DNA of 64,000 nucleotides from Malacoraja senta (lineage: Eukaryota): positions 19,470,001-19,534,000 of the forward strand of contig CM075989.1 in assembly GCA_038087875.1 (NCBI GenBank), written 5' to 3'. A model generated the notes under the pieces. It searched no databases and was not told where the DNA came from. It saw nothing but the letters and a program-made list of their open reading frames with translations. Shown piece after piece: positions 13,091 through 25,595 of the stretch. The translations under genes were made by a program, and so were the position numbers. The stretch's first letter is position 1. Every line of letters begins with the position of its first letter.

Positions 13091-14411
13091 ATACAATATT
13101 TTAAGTAACACAATTTCTATTTATTTACATTCATATGATGAAGCATAATGTGTGAAGGTATTGGATGGATATCAATGCTGAGAATCCATCAGACAACCTT
13201 GTTCTGATGGCAGCAATTCCCAATGCACGCTGTATTCTCAGCCATCTCTTAGACTTCTGATGCACTGTTAACCACAATGCCAATTCTTCATAAAACTAAT
13301 CTAGTAAAGTAAGGCCAAAAAATGAGTGGCGAGATCCACTGGAAGTGCTATAAGTGTGTTTCTTCTCATGTTTCTGTTTAATGTGTGTGCACCGACATTC
13401 AAAGCTTTCAAAGATGATTTATCAAGTCTGTTTGAGAGTGCATGTTATTAATAATGTGTGCCCATTCATGTTGGCCTATGGATTTCGCTGGCAAAAATAA
13501 CAAGTGCAACATATACAATTACATTTGCTTCCTCGGGCTTGACAGCAATAACTTACCTCCTCTGTTGATACTGCGTTTGCGCAAACTTGTCTTCATATGT
13601 TATAAACCATTTCATTGCACTTAATATCTGGACATATTCTGTTACAGACTGCAGCCATTCTGCTTGTCACTGTGGTACTAACAATGATAACCCGAGGCTC
13701 TCGATGTCATGGAAACTGATTTATTTCTCAATTAATGGTTTAAAATGAAGGCTCAAGGTGCAGCAAATTCAAATCTGCAGGTAGATCTGGGAACAGATTC
13801 AGCACAAAATGCTCAAATTTTTCCATTTTGTACTGCACAACTTTGTGTGGAAATTTAAACTATTTTGTCCTTTGTGCATTTTGCATCATTTGAAACACAT
13901 AAAATATAAAAATTCAAACACTCTCCTCTTGCTTACAGTAAAAGGCTCAATTGGGATGGAGTGGAGTCAGGCCATCAATAAAAACAACCAAGGCTAAGTT
14001 TGACATCCCTGATATACTTTTTTAATCTAGTGAATGTTCATCCCATTGGTAATAGGATTAGCCCCAAGAAATGCTTGAATTTAGCTAAATCCACCAGCTG
14101 AAATCCACAGACTCCCAGGTTGTTTGAAGTTGCAGTAACCAGGGTTAATGAAGGTATCAACTGCTGTTAATTCAGCTCTTTCTCTGTCAACATCAGTAAA
14201 TCTTTCCATTTAGTCACAGAGTCACAGCGTGGAAACAGGCTCTTCATCCCAACTTGGCCAAGCCGACCAACATGGGCCTTAACATGGCATTTTAAGAAGT
14301 GGAGGGTGTTATGTTTCAGAAATCATTGCGATAGAGTCATTATTCTTTATTAAAACGGGGGGGGGAGGTTGAAACTCAGCCACACATAATCTAAGGTGAC
14401 AGAGGAGTAGA

Positions 14412-14671
14412 TAGAGACATGGAGTCATACAGCATGGAAACAGGTCCTACGGCCCAACTTGCCCACCAACCAACCAACTGCAATTAGTCCCACCTGCCTG
14501 TGTTTGGGCCAAATCTCTCTAATCCTATCATATCCATGTACCTGTCTAAACATTTCTTAAATGTTGCGATAGTCCCTGCCTCAACTACCTCCTCTGGCAG
14601 CTCGTTCCATACACCCATACATAAAAAAGTTACCCCTCAGGTTCCTAGTAAATCTATCCCCCACTCACCTT
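14412..14671 (-). mobile_element. CR1/HER1 LINE 3' end (left piece, split by DIRS)
   Basis: Joins colinearly to 19519 onward (ccttaaa|tctatgtcctctgg), matching the uninterrupted copy near 12500-12525. Confidence 0.9.
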
Positions 14672-14746
14672 AAATAGTAAGATTAAACGAGAACTTACCT
14701 AAGTTTGAAGTTTGATCTTTATTTTATGAGGAGTTACGTTGGTGAT

Positions 14747-14781
14747 TACGTGAAGAACCCCGCCAGTGCGCTTGCGCGTCA
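14747..14781. repeat. DIRS right ITR (inverted partner at 19458-19492)
   Basis: tacgtgaagaaccccgccagtgcgcttgcgcgtca vs tgacgcgcaggcgcactggcggggttcttcacgta, 1 mismatch. Confidence 0.95.
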
Positions 14782-14904
14782 ATCTTCGAAGCAGCGGTGT
14801 GAAATCACAAAAAACAACAAGCGAAGTAATATAGTAACATAATAAAATGAGTAATTCAAGAACTTCCATCTGACCTTTATGATAGAGGGTTGGGCCGTGG
14901 TGGG

Positions 14905-15011
14905 CACGTAATCACCAACGTAACTCCTCATAAAATAAAGATCAAACTTAGGTAAGTTCTCGTTTAATCTTACTATTTTACTTTGGAGTCACGTGAGTGA
15001 CTACGTGAAGA
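14905..15011. repeat. DIRS internal complementary region (ICR)
   Basis: 14905-14978 is the reverse complement of 14672-14752; about 14976-15011 is the reverse complement of 19483-19518. Confidence 0.95.
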
Positions 15012-15199
15012 TTTTAAAGCTTTGTGATTTCATGCCGCAGACAAATCCCGGCTTCTCACTGCATTGATTGACTCGGAACAAGAAATAATCAATAATGCAT
15101 TAATAATAACATTTGCCTGACAAATGCAGTAATTCATTTATTTGAATAAAATAATTAACAGTATCCCCTTTAACCCAGGGAAATTTAAGCAGAACTTAA

Positions 15200-16110
15200 T
15201 ATAGTATCTGCAAACAGCCCCGTATTGACAATAGGCCGATGGTAAAAGTGTTGAAACACCAACTTATTGGATCACCCGGCGGCTGTGAAAATATGGTCGA
15301 TGGGACGTCCTTCGCCCTGGTCGTCAATGTTGCTGCTAAACTGAATGGAATGTAAAACCATCAATGTTCACACCTGCAGCAACTAAAACTTGTTTTTAAC
15401 CATCTTAAAATAGTCTGAACTGACACTATCTTGTATGGTTTTTCGTGAATGATAAACAATCTTGTTTTCATATTTCATAAGACCTTTGTAGCCTCAATGT
15501 ATTGCAACAAATATGTCTTAACATATAGACATGGATCCATAGAATATGCTAATAAACACTCTTGAATCTTATCACACCTGATCCTACTTCATTTGAGTAG
15601 GTCATCAAATGTAAAACATAACATAATCCTGAGGTACTTCCATCCTGTGTATCTGTAACTTTTGTAATGTTACAAGTGCCGTAAGCATGACTACCTTCAT
15701 GCTGAACTTGGCCAAATCAGAATCGTACCAAGACTCCATTGATGAAGTAGCTTAAAACAACTCTATATTCCAGATTCCCTCCTAGGTTTAGAAGGTCTGG
15801 AATTAAAATTCCTTTCATTAATCTGGAAATAAAAGAACGAAACTCAACAGGATGTCTTTCCAACCTCATCAATAAAAACAAGGAATAATATACTTCTGTC
15901 TGAATAAATCGCACTAACTCAACCCCTTAAATAGAGGTAAATCCAAGACATTTGCGTCATGTGCCATACAACATTCCATATCTTTTATACACAGAAATGT
16001 TTTTCCCCTCATTCTTTACATAATGGGAAAGCAGCATTTACAGTCACAACTCAGATTCACAAATGTACTGCTTTTGCGTACTCTTCCGCCAGACAGCTGT
16101 AAGCATGTCC
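15200..16110 (-). pseudogene. DIRS tyrosine recombinase remnant
   Basis: ..SRLMKGIL..VVLSYF and C-terminal PIDHIFTAAG*SNKLVFQHFYHRPI (catalytic Tyr box); stops and frameshifts. Confidence 0.8.
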
Positions 16111-16171
16111 ACAGCATGCCCAGACAATCCTCTTTTTTAAAACCTGCATCCATACAGGCATATGACGGATG

Positions 16172-16440
16172 TTACTCTCCAATTATCGAATACACCAGTA
16201 ACTTCCTTCTTTTGGGAACATTCATCAGAAACTGTGTCATAAATTCCAATATCAAAGGGAACCATGGCTGCGTAGATCCGTCTGGTACCACGAATACCCC
16301 AGAGGCAGCATACTGCTTCATTTTAAGCAGACACCGATTTATGAGACAGGATGAAGTAAAATGCATATTACAACATACCATCCTAATATAGCGAGAAACA
16401 TCCATCGCTACTGTCTCCCGATGTAGTCCCATAACACATA
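16172..16440 (-). pseudogene. DIRS N6-adenine methyltransferase-like domain remnant
   Basis: LINRCLLKMKQYAASGVFVVPDGSTQPWFPLIL resembles the DIRS1 MT consensus LI.R.L.K...A..I.IVP.W.TQPW.P.L. Confidence 0.75.
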
Positions 16441-16499
16441 TCTCTGTAACTGGTGATTGAGTCTGGATGGAAACAAGTCATATCTGGCTTCCCAAATCT

Positions 16500-17850
16500 G
16501 ACTATTATATCATTAAAAAATCTCAAGGTTAAACATCCATTCTTTGTTATCATAGAAATTCCACCCATACAATTAATACATGCCATTGCTGTAGTGTTGT
16601 TAATTTGAAACTGAACATGCAGTTTAGTTGTATTTAACAACAAGCTTGTAGCTCATAAGCCTTCCAATAGACTTTAAAACGTCGATTCTCCATGTCTGTA
16701 AAATAATACTTCTTCCATATTCCATCTGTCCACAGATGGATACCTTTTCAGTGGCACCAATCCTAATACACTGATATCAGTCTGTTAAGACCATGGAAGG
16801 CTGTTCAATCCGTATCTTGCTTGAACTACTGAAGACATGTTAAATCCACTACTGCAATCAGAAGCAGCATTTGTTGTTTAATTGCATGGCCTATCAAAAA
16901 ATGGCCATCATGCATCTTAGTGTTTTTTCTTTTTGCAGTCTGCAGCTGCCGGTAGTACAATGGCCCATAATTGTATTGCTGGAAATAACACTAATTCTCC
17001 TAACAAACTGGCCACCTGTCTTAATTGAAGATTGTTGCTTTTCCAACTACTTAATACAACCATCAATTAGCTTTACCATTTACCCTGGGTAAATTACTAC
17101 CTTTTCAATTGAATCAAATAATCAATTGTTGTAAGTATCGTTAACTTAATTTCTCTCTGGATGAATTAAACCCAACTTTCAAAAGTGGTTTGAATAATTT
17201 GAGAGAGATAACTCCCGAATTCTCTTGTTTGTCCTAATTAGGACATCATCCAGTTAAGCCATCCACATCTGTCCTTGGACTCTAATTAGCCCCAAAATTG
17301 GTTTTACCAATTTAGTGAATTTCTAGGGACTGAAGTTAACCCGTTAGACAGAACTTTGAATTGCCATAATTGTTCCTTCAGATAATTTTATCTTATAAAT
17401 GAACAAACACTAAGTAATATACATCTTTCAGATCTATAAGTGCCATAAAACATCTTTTTTGAAATAAATTGTTTGGCAGTCTCAAAGTCTCCATTTTGAA
17501 GTGTCTATACTTCACAAAATTTTAAAGACTTGTCAGATCTAAAATACTCCTCACCTTTTTAGGTTGAGAAATTTTAAACACAATTTGGTGGTTTTGATGA
17601 ACCGACCTTTCAATTACTTGTTTATAAACAAGTTTTCAATTCAGCTTGAACCTCCATCAATTATTTTTATGTGAAATTGGAGTGTTCTGCTTGGAACATG
17701 CTGGATGGCAAATCAGTATTTGAATCGAATCAATTCGAAACCTTTCTATAATACTCAGAATAATAACTGAAGTCATTTGCTTCCAATATTTGGCTGTTTT
17801 TGCCTTAATATGTTCCCATAAGAACCAGGTCCACCTACCTCCTTTGTCAT
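16500..17850 (-). pseudogene. DIRS reverse transcriptase/RNase H remnant
   Basis: HFKMET, MALIDLKDVYY, WQFKVLSNGLTSVPR, MA*LDDVLI (YxDD with TAA at 17254-17256), RNase H HVQFQINNTTAMACINCMGG. Confidence 0.9.
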
Positions 17851-17899
17851 CTGAGTGACCTGTGGTCCCTGGCTCCTGGCAGGCAAAACCCATGCTTTT

Positions 17900-19307
17900 T
17901 TGTTTTCCTGCTGCAGGACATCAACTGCGTACCTGCTTCAATGGCCGATTTGATCCTGATGTCGGTCCAGGATTTTGTATGATGTCTGAAAGGATACGTC
18001 ATCTTTGCAGACTTGACGAACATTGATGTTGTGATCAACTTTGCTGTTTTTGCCTCATTATCCAACTCTTTTCTCTGAAGAATAAGTTGAATGACTGCAC
18101 ATTGCTGGGCTTTACAGAGTTGCTGCAACTTTGGGTTGATGGTGGACCGAATGGCATACTTCCTGAAACAATTCATCTTGAAGTGGGCACTACATAGCAA
18201 CCTTAGTGCCACTTGATGCATCTCCATCCATGGCCTCCATGCATTGTTTTGCAAATTGCAGTTGTTCATCAACCCAGCAGCTTTTACTTTCCTTAGGCTT
18301 ACATGCCTTCACCCATCTGACCCCTTATCTTGGTTCACTGCTAGTACTTTCAGCAATACGCAGTTCCTTGGGATCTCGTGCTTTTTTGGCATTTTCATCC
18401 ATCGTAAGCTACTAGAGCTGATGGCAGACACAATAGTTGATCACAGAGACCACGTCCTTTCCAATGGCTCTCCTGACTCTGACGGGGCAGCGAATCGTAC
18501 TACCAGGAGTAAAACATCTGGCAGCTGCCGTCTTCGCTTGTTTTGGAAACTCTGCTGACCCTGTGCACACGCCTCATCAATGAGGGTGCTATCAAGCAGC
18601 CCTTTACTAGGTGCTGCTGACCTGGCTTCTGGAGCCTGGTTCTAACATCACTCCTCCTGGAGTATGTTTTGTTGGAGCAACCTGTTGCTTGGAGTCTCAT
18701 GCTTTTTTGAAGTATCATCCATCTCCTGCTGTTCCAGCTGATGGGAAACCAAGTAATTTATTAGGGAGGCCACTTCTTCTCCTAATGGCTCTCCTGACCC
18801 TGATGGGGCAGCGAATCATACTGCCAGAGGTGGAATATCTGGCAGCTGCCGTTCTTCGCCTTGAACAGCCTCACCGTCAGAGTCAGGGTCTGAACTCTCA
18901 TAACCCGTGGCACGCGCCTCATCCCTGAGGGTGCATTCCATCAGCCCTGAACCAGGAGCTGTTGAGCTGCTTTCAGCAGCTTGGGTTTTGCTACACTCCT
19001 CCCTGAGTGAGCTTCGCTCCAACAGCCTATGTACAAGGCTTTCCATTTGGGCAATCCGCTCAAAAGCCGTATCTAGCCCTGGAGCTACTTCCATTGCCTG
19101 GGACTCCTCCTCCGTGGGCCGTCTCGATTTGAACTTGGCCTTGCGCCCGACAGGCGCTGACTGTGTTCTCACCAGCCCCAGGTCCACAGTCGCTACGCTC
19201 TCCGCTGGCGACTGTACCGGGGTTAGAGGCGGTTGGTCGCTGACCGCAATCTCCCGACTTTCTGTCGGCTGAGTCGCTCGCCTCTTCCCCTTGCCCGTTT
19301 TTTCCAT
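17900..19307 (-). pseudogene. DIRS ORF1 (gag-like) remnant
   Basis: Starts MEKTGKGKRR at 19307 just inside the left ITR; fragmented reading frames upstream of RT. Confidence 0.65.
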
Positions 19308-19518
19308 GGTGTCTGTGGAAAAAATCCCCACAGACCCACAGTAAACGGACCCGGAAATACTTGAAAAAAGTTTCTACTTACCTTGTAGTTGAAAACTACA
19401 ATTCCACTAGAGGAGCTCTGCTCCTCGCGTCCGTTTGCGCCAATGCGTCTGACGTAATGACGCGCAGGCGCACTGGCGGGGTTCTTCACGTAGTCACTCG
19501 CGTGACTCCGAAGTAAAA

Positions 19519-19866
19519 TCTATGTCCTCTGGTTTTCGATTCCCCTACTCTGGGCAAAAGCTGTGCATTTACCTAATCTATGCCTCTCATGATTTTGTAC
19601 ACCTCCATAAGATCACCTCTCATCCTCCTGCGCTCCAAGGAATAGAGTCCTAGCTGGCTCAACCTCTCCCTATAGCTCAGACCCTCGAATCCTGGCAACA
19701 TCCTCATGAATCTTATCTGCACCCTTTCCAGCTTGACAACATCTTTCCTATAACACGGTGCCCAAAACTCAACACAACACCCTAAATGTAGCCTCACCAA
19801 CGTCTTATGTAACTACAACATGAACTCCCAACTTTTCTACTCAATACTCTGACTGATGAAGACCAA
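19519..19866 (-). mobile_element. CR1/HER1 LINE fragment (right piece)
   Basis: CVEFWAPCYRKDVVKLERVQ..RRRMRGDLMEVYKIM. Confidence 0.9.
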
Positions 19867-19867
19867 T

Positions 19868-20232
19868 GTAGGCAGCATCACCAAAGACCCACATCACCCT
19901 GGTTCTACATTCGCTCCTACCATCGGCAAGAAGGTACAAGAGCCTGAAAACCGTGACCTCCAGGCTCAAGAACAGCTTTTTCCTAGCAACCATCAGGCTC
20001 TGGAACACTGCACAACACTAACCTCAGCAAGTGTGATCTTCTGTGGACTGTGCCTTTGGTTGCACTATGGATTTTTGATCTGCAATATTATGGTTACCCC
20101 TAGCATTAGAGTTGCTAATTTATTAAATTTTTGGTTATTATATATCATCTGTACGTTAATGCATTTGTGGGCCTGCTAAGCTGCAGCAAGCAAGAATCTC
20201 ATGGTCGGTACATATGAAAATTAAACACTTTT
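19868..20232 (+). mobile_element. Rex1/Babar-like LINE 3' fragment
   Basis: ITKDPHHPG..RLKNSFFPSNHQ/TIR-type ORF end followed by a 3' UTR. Confidence 0.6.
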
Positions 20233-21124
20233 GAGTAATAGATACTTATTTCTAAAAGAATACCTGCACTGTTGATTCCTTCCATAAGCCGATTAATTTG
20301 CAACCTGACATTTCGGAAGTAATTATCAGAGTATATTCTTACACTGCATTTTATAATCATTACCTGATTTAATTTTGTGAGGGCACTTTGATTTGTCACC
20401 AGCTATTACATTCAACTCTTGCAGGTAAATTCATGCAACTGGGCATTAAGATTCTGAATATTCCAGTGTTAAGAAGCTACCAGTGAAGCAGTTATTCCTA
20501 CAGCGGCTCGTTATAAAAGCCTTTGGGTGAACAGGAGTAATATTTCAATTGGATAAACATCAATACTTATAAGATTTGTAAAATATTTATAAGATTTGAG
20601 TAAAGGTCAATGCATTTTTTTTTGCAAGGTTTCATGAATAGGTTGCAGACCAAAACATTATAAGAAAAATTTCAAAGACAACTTTGGGAATGATACGATC
20701 AGGCTGTGATTATGACAGTATTCTCTATCATTGTTTCTTAGAGTTATGCTGCAGGAATGTTTATTATTTTCCCTCCACAACATTTTCCTCTTTATTAATT
20801 TTTTCTACCTGGATTTACAGATTTATGGTCTAAAGCAGAAACTTTGCACAAATTCCCGATATTGCATAGTTGTTTTGCATTGGGAAGCTTTGTGGGTGTC
20901 TCGAGGTTCTCCTCATTCACAAAACTTGTCCAATTGTTGTGAAGACCAAGAATAAAAATCACAGATATTAAAGATTCGTAAACTCTACATTCAGGCAGAA
21001 AAGCCAGAATGTGATAGCCTAAAATCTGCATTAAAAACAAATCAACAATTGAACAATTTAATTAAATTTGATCAATAAAAAACAACAGAATATGGGTGAG
21101 ATTGGGTAAGAAAATAGGTAAGAT

Positions 21125-21409
21125 ATGGGTAATTTGCACCTTCTCCCTGTAACTGCATGGGTTTCCTCTGGGTGCTCCAGTTTCTTCCCACATCCCAGAG
21201 ATGTGTGGGTTTGTAGGTTAATTGGCCACTGTAAACTGCTCCTAGTGTGTAGGGAACGGATGAGAAAGTGGGATAAAATAGAGCTAAAATGAATGGATGA
21301 ATGCTGGTCGGTGTGAACTCGATAGACTTAAAGGCTTGTATCCATGCTGTATCTCTCAACTAAACTAAACTAAACTAAACTAAACTAAACTAAACTAAAC
21401 TAAACTAAA
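21125..21409 (+). mobile_element. 5'-truncated HE1-like V-SINE with (AAACT)n tail
   Basis: V-domain gtttc.tcccacatccca.agat; CR1-like 3' end; long tail at 21358-21409. Confidence 0.8.
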
Positions 21410-21679
21410 TTATGGGTATAATATATCCAAACTATGGATAGGACAATTTTGGAGGGATATAGGCCAAATGTGGGCAGGTGGGACGAGTGTAGCTAGGACA
21501 TGTTGGCCAGTGTGAGCAAGTTAGGCCGAAGGGCCTGTTTCCACGCTGTATCACTCTATGACTCTATGACACTAAACAAAACTAAACTAAACACAACCAA
21601 ACTAAACCAAACTAACTACAGCTTAAATAAATCTATAATTGTGGAGTTGCAAGTACATGAGGCTTTTTTGTATCAGTTA

Positions 21680-21940
21680 AAGATTTAATAGGAACCTGAG
21701 GGGTGACTTTTTTTACACAAAGGGTGGTGGGTGGGTGGAACGAGCTGCCGGAGCAGGTAGTTGAGGCAGGGACTATCGCAACATTTAAGAGGCATTTAGA
21801 TAGGTGCATGGATAGGACAGGTTTAGAGGGTTATGGGCCAAGTGCAGGCAGGTGGGACTAGTGTAGATGGAGCATGTTGGTCAGCATGGGTAAGTTGGGC
21901 CGTAGGGCCTGTTTCCACGCTGTATGACTCTATGACTCTA
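21680..21940 (+). mobile_element. CR1/HER1 LINE 3' end
   Basis: FFTQRVVG.WNELP and (GACTCTAT)n tail; a shorter copy lies at 21430-21570. Confidence 0.88.
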
Positions 21941-22525
21941 TCTACTCCTCTGTCACCTTATTTTATGTGTGGCTGAGTTTGAACCTGCCCCAGTTTTAAT
22001 AAAGAACGATGACTCTAATGCAATGGTTTCTGAAACATAACACCCTCCACTTCCTAAGATGCCATGTCAAGGCCCACGAGCCACAGTTTCCTGGTAACGC
22101 AAAAAAAAAATCCTCCAGGTATTCTGACCCAATATGTTATTGATCAGTTGAATGATGAATGGTGAGTAATAGAATTGCTTATCTGGTTTCAGGCAGCAAA
22201 ACCAAAGGGGCAAATGTTGTATCTACATATTCCTGTCATCGCACAGCCAGCAAGTGAATCTACAAATGCTTGCATTAACACTGAGGAGAGGGAAATGTGT
22301 TTGCTCATTTGTATTTCACCTTTATTTAAATAATTGTTTTATATTTATCAAATTAAAAAACTATGAACTGAAATGAATTCCATTATGATATTAGAATTAG
22401 AGATGACAGGTGTGCCTTTGTATATTAAGGAAAAGCCATGAACTCACTTGCAGCGATACTGAGTATTTAATATAATCAGTCGCCTTAAGGTGGATCACAG
22501 GCAGAATCCCACACTGTGACACATG

Positions 22526-22811
22526 AGATAGACACAAAATGCTGGAGTAACTCAGCGGGACAGGCAGCATCTCTGGAGAGAAGGAATGGGTGACGTTTCG
22601 GGTCGCGTCCCTTCTTCAGACAGAGTCAGGGGAGGGGGAGACTAGAGATATGGAAGGGTGCAAAGAGCATGTGAGGCGTGAAAAGGACAGATCAAAGCAG
22701 ACCCGTGGTAGAGTGAAGGAAATCTAAGAGGTTTAAACCGCAGATAGACACAAAAAGCTGGAGTAACTCAACGGGTCAGGCAGCATCTCTGGAGGAAAGG
22801 AGTAGGTGACG
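22526..22811 (-). mobile_element. Tandem Penelope-like terminal repeats
   Basis: Two direct arm copies; hammerhead motif at 22592-22619. Confidence 0.75.
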
Positions 22812-23316
22812 GAGAACTAGCATTTAGCTGAATGGGTAAACATGCACGAGGAAAATATTTTTGAATCAAAACTGTGAGGAGATTTCATGGCAAGAAGTAT
22901 TCTTTCATTTATAAATCACAATGACACATTAAACAAAATCAATGACATGCTTTAAGAGAATTGCTGACCACAGGGGGTGCTGAAATTTAACATCATCTTG
23001 GAACATTACGTAGCGGAAGTTAAATCATAGCAAACCTTCACGGGGGTTGCGGAGTGTGAACAGGTACATGGTAATGCAAAGTGTTTGCAGTAGCTGAGGC
23101 CTGTCGTTTGAAAAGTGATAAAAAAAATAATTTGTAATAAGGGAGCTACCTTCTTTAATTGTCTACTGTTGAAGTGGAGAGGCTCAGGAATGATTTATTG
23201 GGCTGTTGCCTCTGTGCCGATAACTGTTCACCAAATCGCTCCTCATTACTCAAAGCTCCTTCCACCTTTACAACCAAAATCCTTCTCCCATATGTCCGAT
23301 GTTGGGACGTAAACTA

Positions 23317-23362
<46 letters not shown>

Positions 23363-23605
23363 AAATCATAAATAATTGGTAAGGGGTGGGGGGGGGGGGG
23401 GGGAGAGAAATCTTGTTTGCCATGGCTTCTGAATCAACTGCCTCTTGGTCCTTTGATAGCATCTTTGAAATGGAAATACACAGCTGCCTGACCTTCTGTT
23501 CAGTGACCCTATTGTACAAAGTCAAATCACCACGGCCTTGGAGCAGTCCAGGGACAGCAATTCACCTGATGGATACTCTACACATCGAATCCCATATGCA
23601 ACAAC

Positions 23606-23608
<3 letters not shown>

Positions 23609-23692
<84 letters not shown>
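23609..23692. repeat. (CA)n microsatellite
   Basis: Perfect CA run; a (TA)n run also lies at 23323-23358. Confidence 0.99.
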
Positions 23693-23696
<4 letters not shown>

Positions 23697-23995
23697 GCAC
23701 GCGTGTCAATGGTTTTTACATGGGATTTATTAATTTGCACAGAAAAATCTTCTGTGAAAATGAATAAATCCTATGTAAAAGCTATTGACTACCTTCAGAA
23801 TGCTTACTGAGGTAATTATCCGTAAATGAAAATATGGCTCAATGGGTGGATATTTCAGTGCTTCGTTCACTTGCAAGACGGGGTGGGACTTGACCTGATT
23901 AATCTGTACAAATACCAGCTTGTTGGAATGCGTAATCGAGAGTGCAGAGGTTGTTGGCTGACGAATATGTCGAATTTCTCAGCGAGTACATGAAA

Positions 23996-24291
23996 CATGG
24001 TGGCGCAGAGGTGGAGTTGCTGCCTCACAGTGCAGGCAGCGCCAGAGACCCGGGTTCAATCCCGACTACGGGTGCTGTCTATACGGAGGTTGTACGTTCG
24101 CCCCCGTGACCGTGTGGGTTTCCCCCGAGATCTTCGGTTTCCTCCCACCCTCCAGAGACGTACAGGTTTGAAGGTTAATTGGCTTGGTGTAATTGTAAGT
24201 TGTCCGTAGTGTGTGTAGGGTAGTGTTAGTGTGCGGGGATCGCTGGTCGGTGTGGACACTGTGGGCCGAAGGGCCTGTTTCTGCACTGTAT
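23996..24291 (+). mobile_element. HE1-like tRNA-derived V-SINE
   Basis: A box TGGCGCAG.GG, B box GGTTCAATCC, V-domain, CR1-type tail. Confidence 0.88.
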
Positions 24292-25595
24292 CAGAAACTT
24301 TTTTTAAAAGTTAAAAAGTGCTAGGAGTAGAATTAGGCCATTTGGCCCATCATGTCTACTCTGCCTTTCATTATTCGCTAAGTTTCAATGAGGTCCCCCC
24401 TCATACTTCTAAACTCCAGCAAGCAGAGGCCCAGTGCCATCAAGTCAAGTCAAGACTCAAGAGTCAAGACAGTTTATTGCCATGTGTCCCTGACAGGACA
24501 ATGAAATTCTTGCTTTGCTTCAGCACAACAGAACATAGTAGGCATTGACTACAAAACAGATCAGTGTGTCCATATACCATTATATACGTAAATACACACA
24601 TGAATACATAAACTGATAAAGTGCAAATAACAGACAATGGGCTATTAATGTTCAGAGTTTTGTCCGAGCCAAGTTTAATAGCCTGATGGCTGTGGGGAAG
24701 TGGCTATTCCTAAACCTGGTCGTTGCAGTCTTCAGGCTCCTGTACCTTCTACCTGAAGGTAGCAGGGAGATGAGTGTGGCCAAACGCTCATCTTATGTTA
24801 ACTCAATCATTCCTAGGGTCATTATCCTAAACCTCTTCTGGACTCCCTCCAGATCCAGCACATCTTTCCGCAGAAATTGCTCACAATACTCCAAAAGCGG
24901 CCTGGTCTGCTGCTTGTAGAGCCTTGGTATTACATCCCTGTTATGGTTTTCTGGTCCTTTAACACAGTGAGTGGCAATAGAGGCCCTGGAGAAAGGCAAA
25001 GGCATTCTTCACCACTCTGTGAACCAGTGATGCCCTTTTCCGGGAACTGGGGGATTCTGGTGTTTCTCACGGTTCTTTAGGGTAGGTAGTTCCATAAATT
25101 ATTCCTAACAACGATGAAAGCACCGCCTTTCCAAGTCAGGATGGTGTGTGATTCAGAGGGGAACCTGCAGGTGGCAGTGTTCCCATCCGTCTGCTGCCCA
25201 TCCACTTGGTGGTGGCGCCCATGGGTTCAGAGCTGTCGTCATGGGAGATGGAATGAGTAGACACATTGCATTTGTAATGGTACCTACTGCACCCACAGTG
25301 TGCTGCAGGTGGCCATTGGGGTACCAACTGCAGGGGGCCATTATGCCCTGGATTGTGGAAACAAGGCACTGCAGATACTGGTTCACAAAAAAAAGGACAC
25401 AAAGTGCTGGAGTAACTCAGCGGGTCAGGCAGCATCTCTGGAGAACATGGAGAGGTGTTATGGGTCCAGACTCTTCATCACACCCTTACTTCTTCAGTCT
25501 GAGATACAAAACATCACCTATCCATGTTTTTCAGAGATGCTGCCTGACCTGCTGAGTTACTCCAGCACTACATGTCCTTTTTTGTCCTGGATTGT

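Larger units (their letters stand above)
14672..19518 (-). mobile_element. Full-length, inactivated DIRS1-like tyrosine-recombinase retrotransposon
   Basis: 35-bp inverted terminal repeats, ICR complementary to both termini, TTT ends, gag-RT-RH-MT-YR remnants in canonical order. Confidence 0.93.

Noticed and set aside
12407..13108. 233-aa ORF as a host gene
   Set aside because: CR1 ORF2 tail reading through into a CA repeat
14672..14980. Stand-alone ncRNA hairpin
   Set aside because: Fully explained as DIRS terminus/ICR complementarity
23419..23733. Kozak ATG ORF MASESTASWSFDSIFE, loosely like the RUNX P1 N-terminus
   Set aside because: Match is superficial, there is no suitable splice donor, and the ORF runs into a CA repeat
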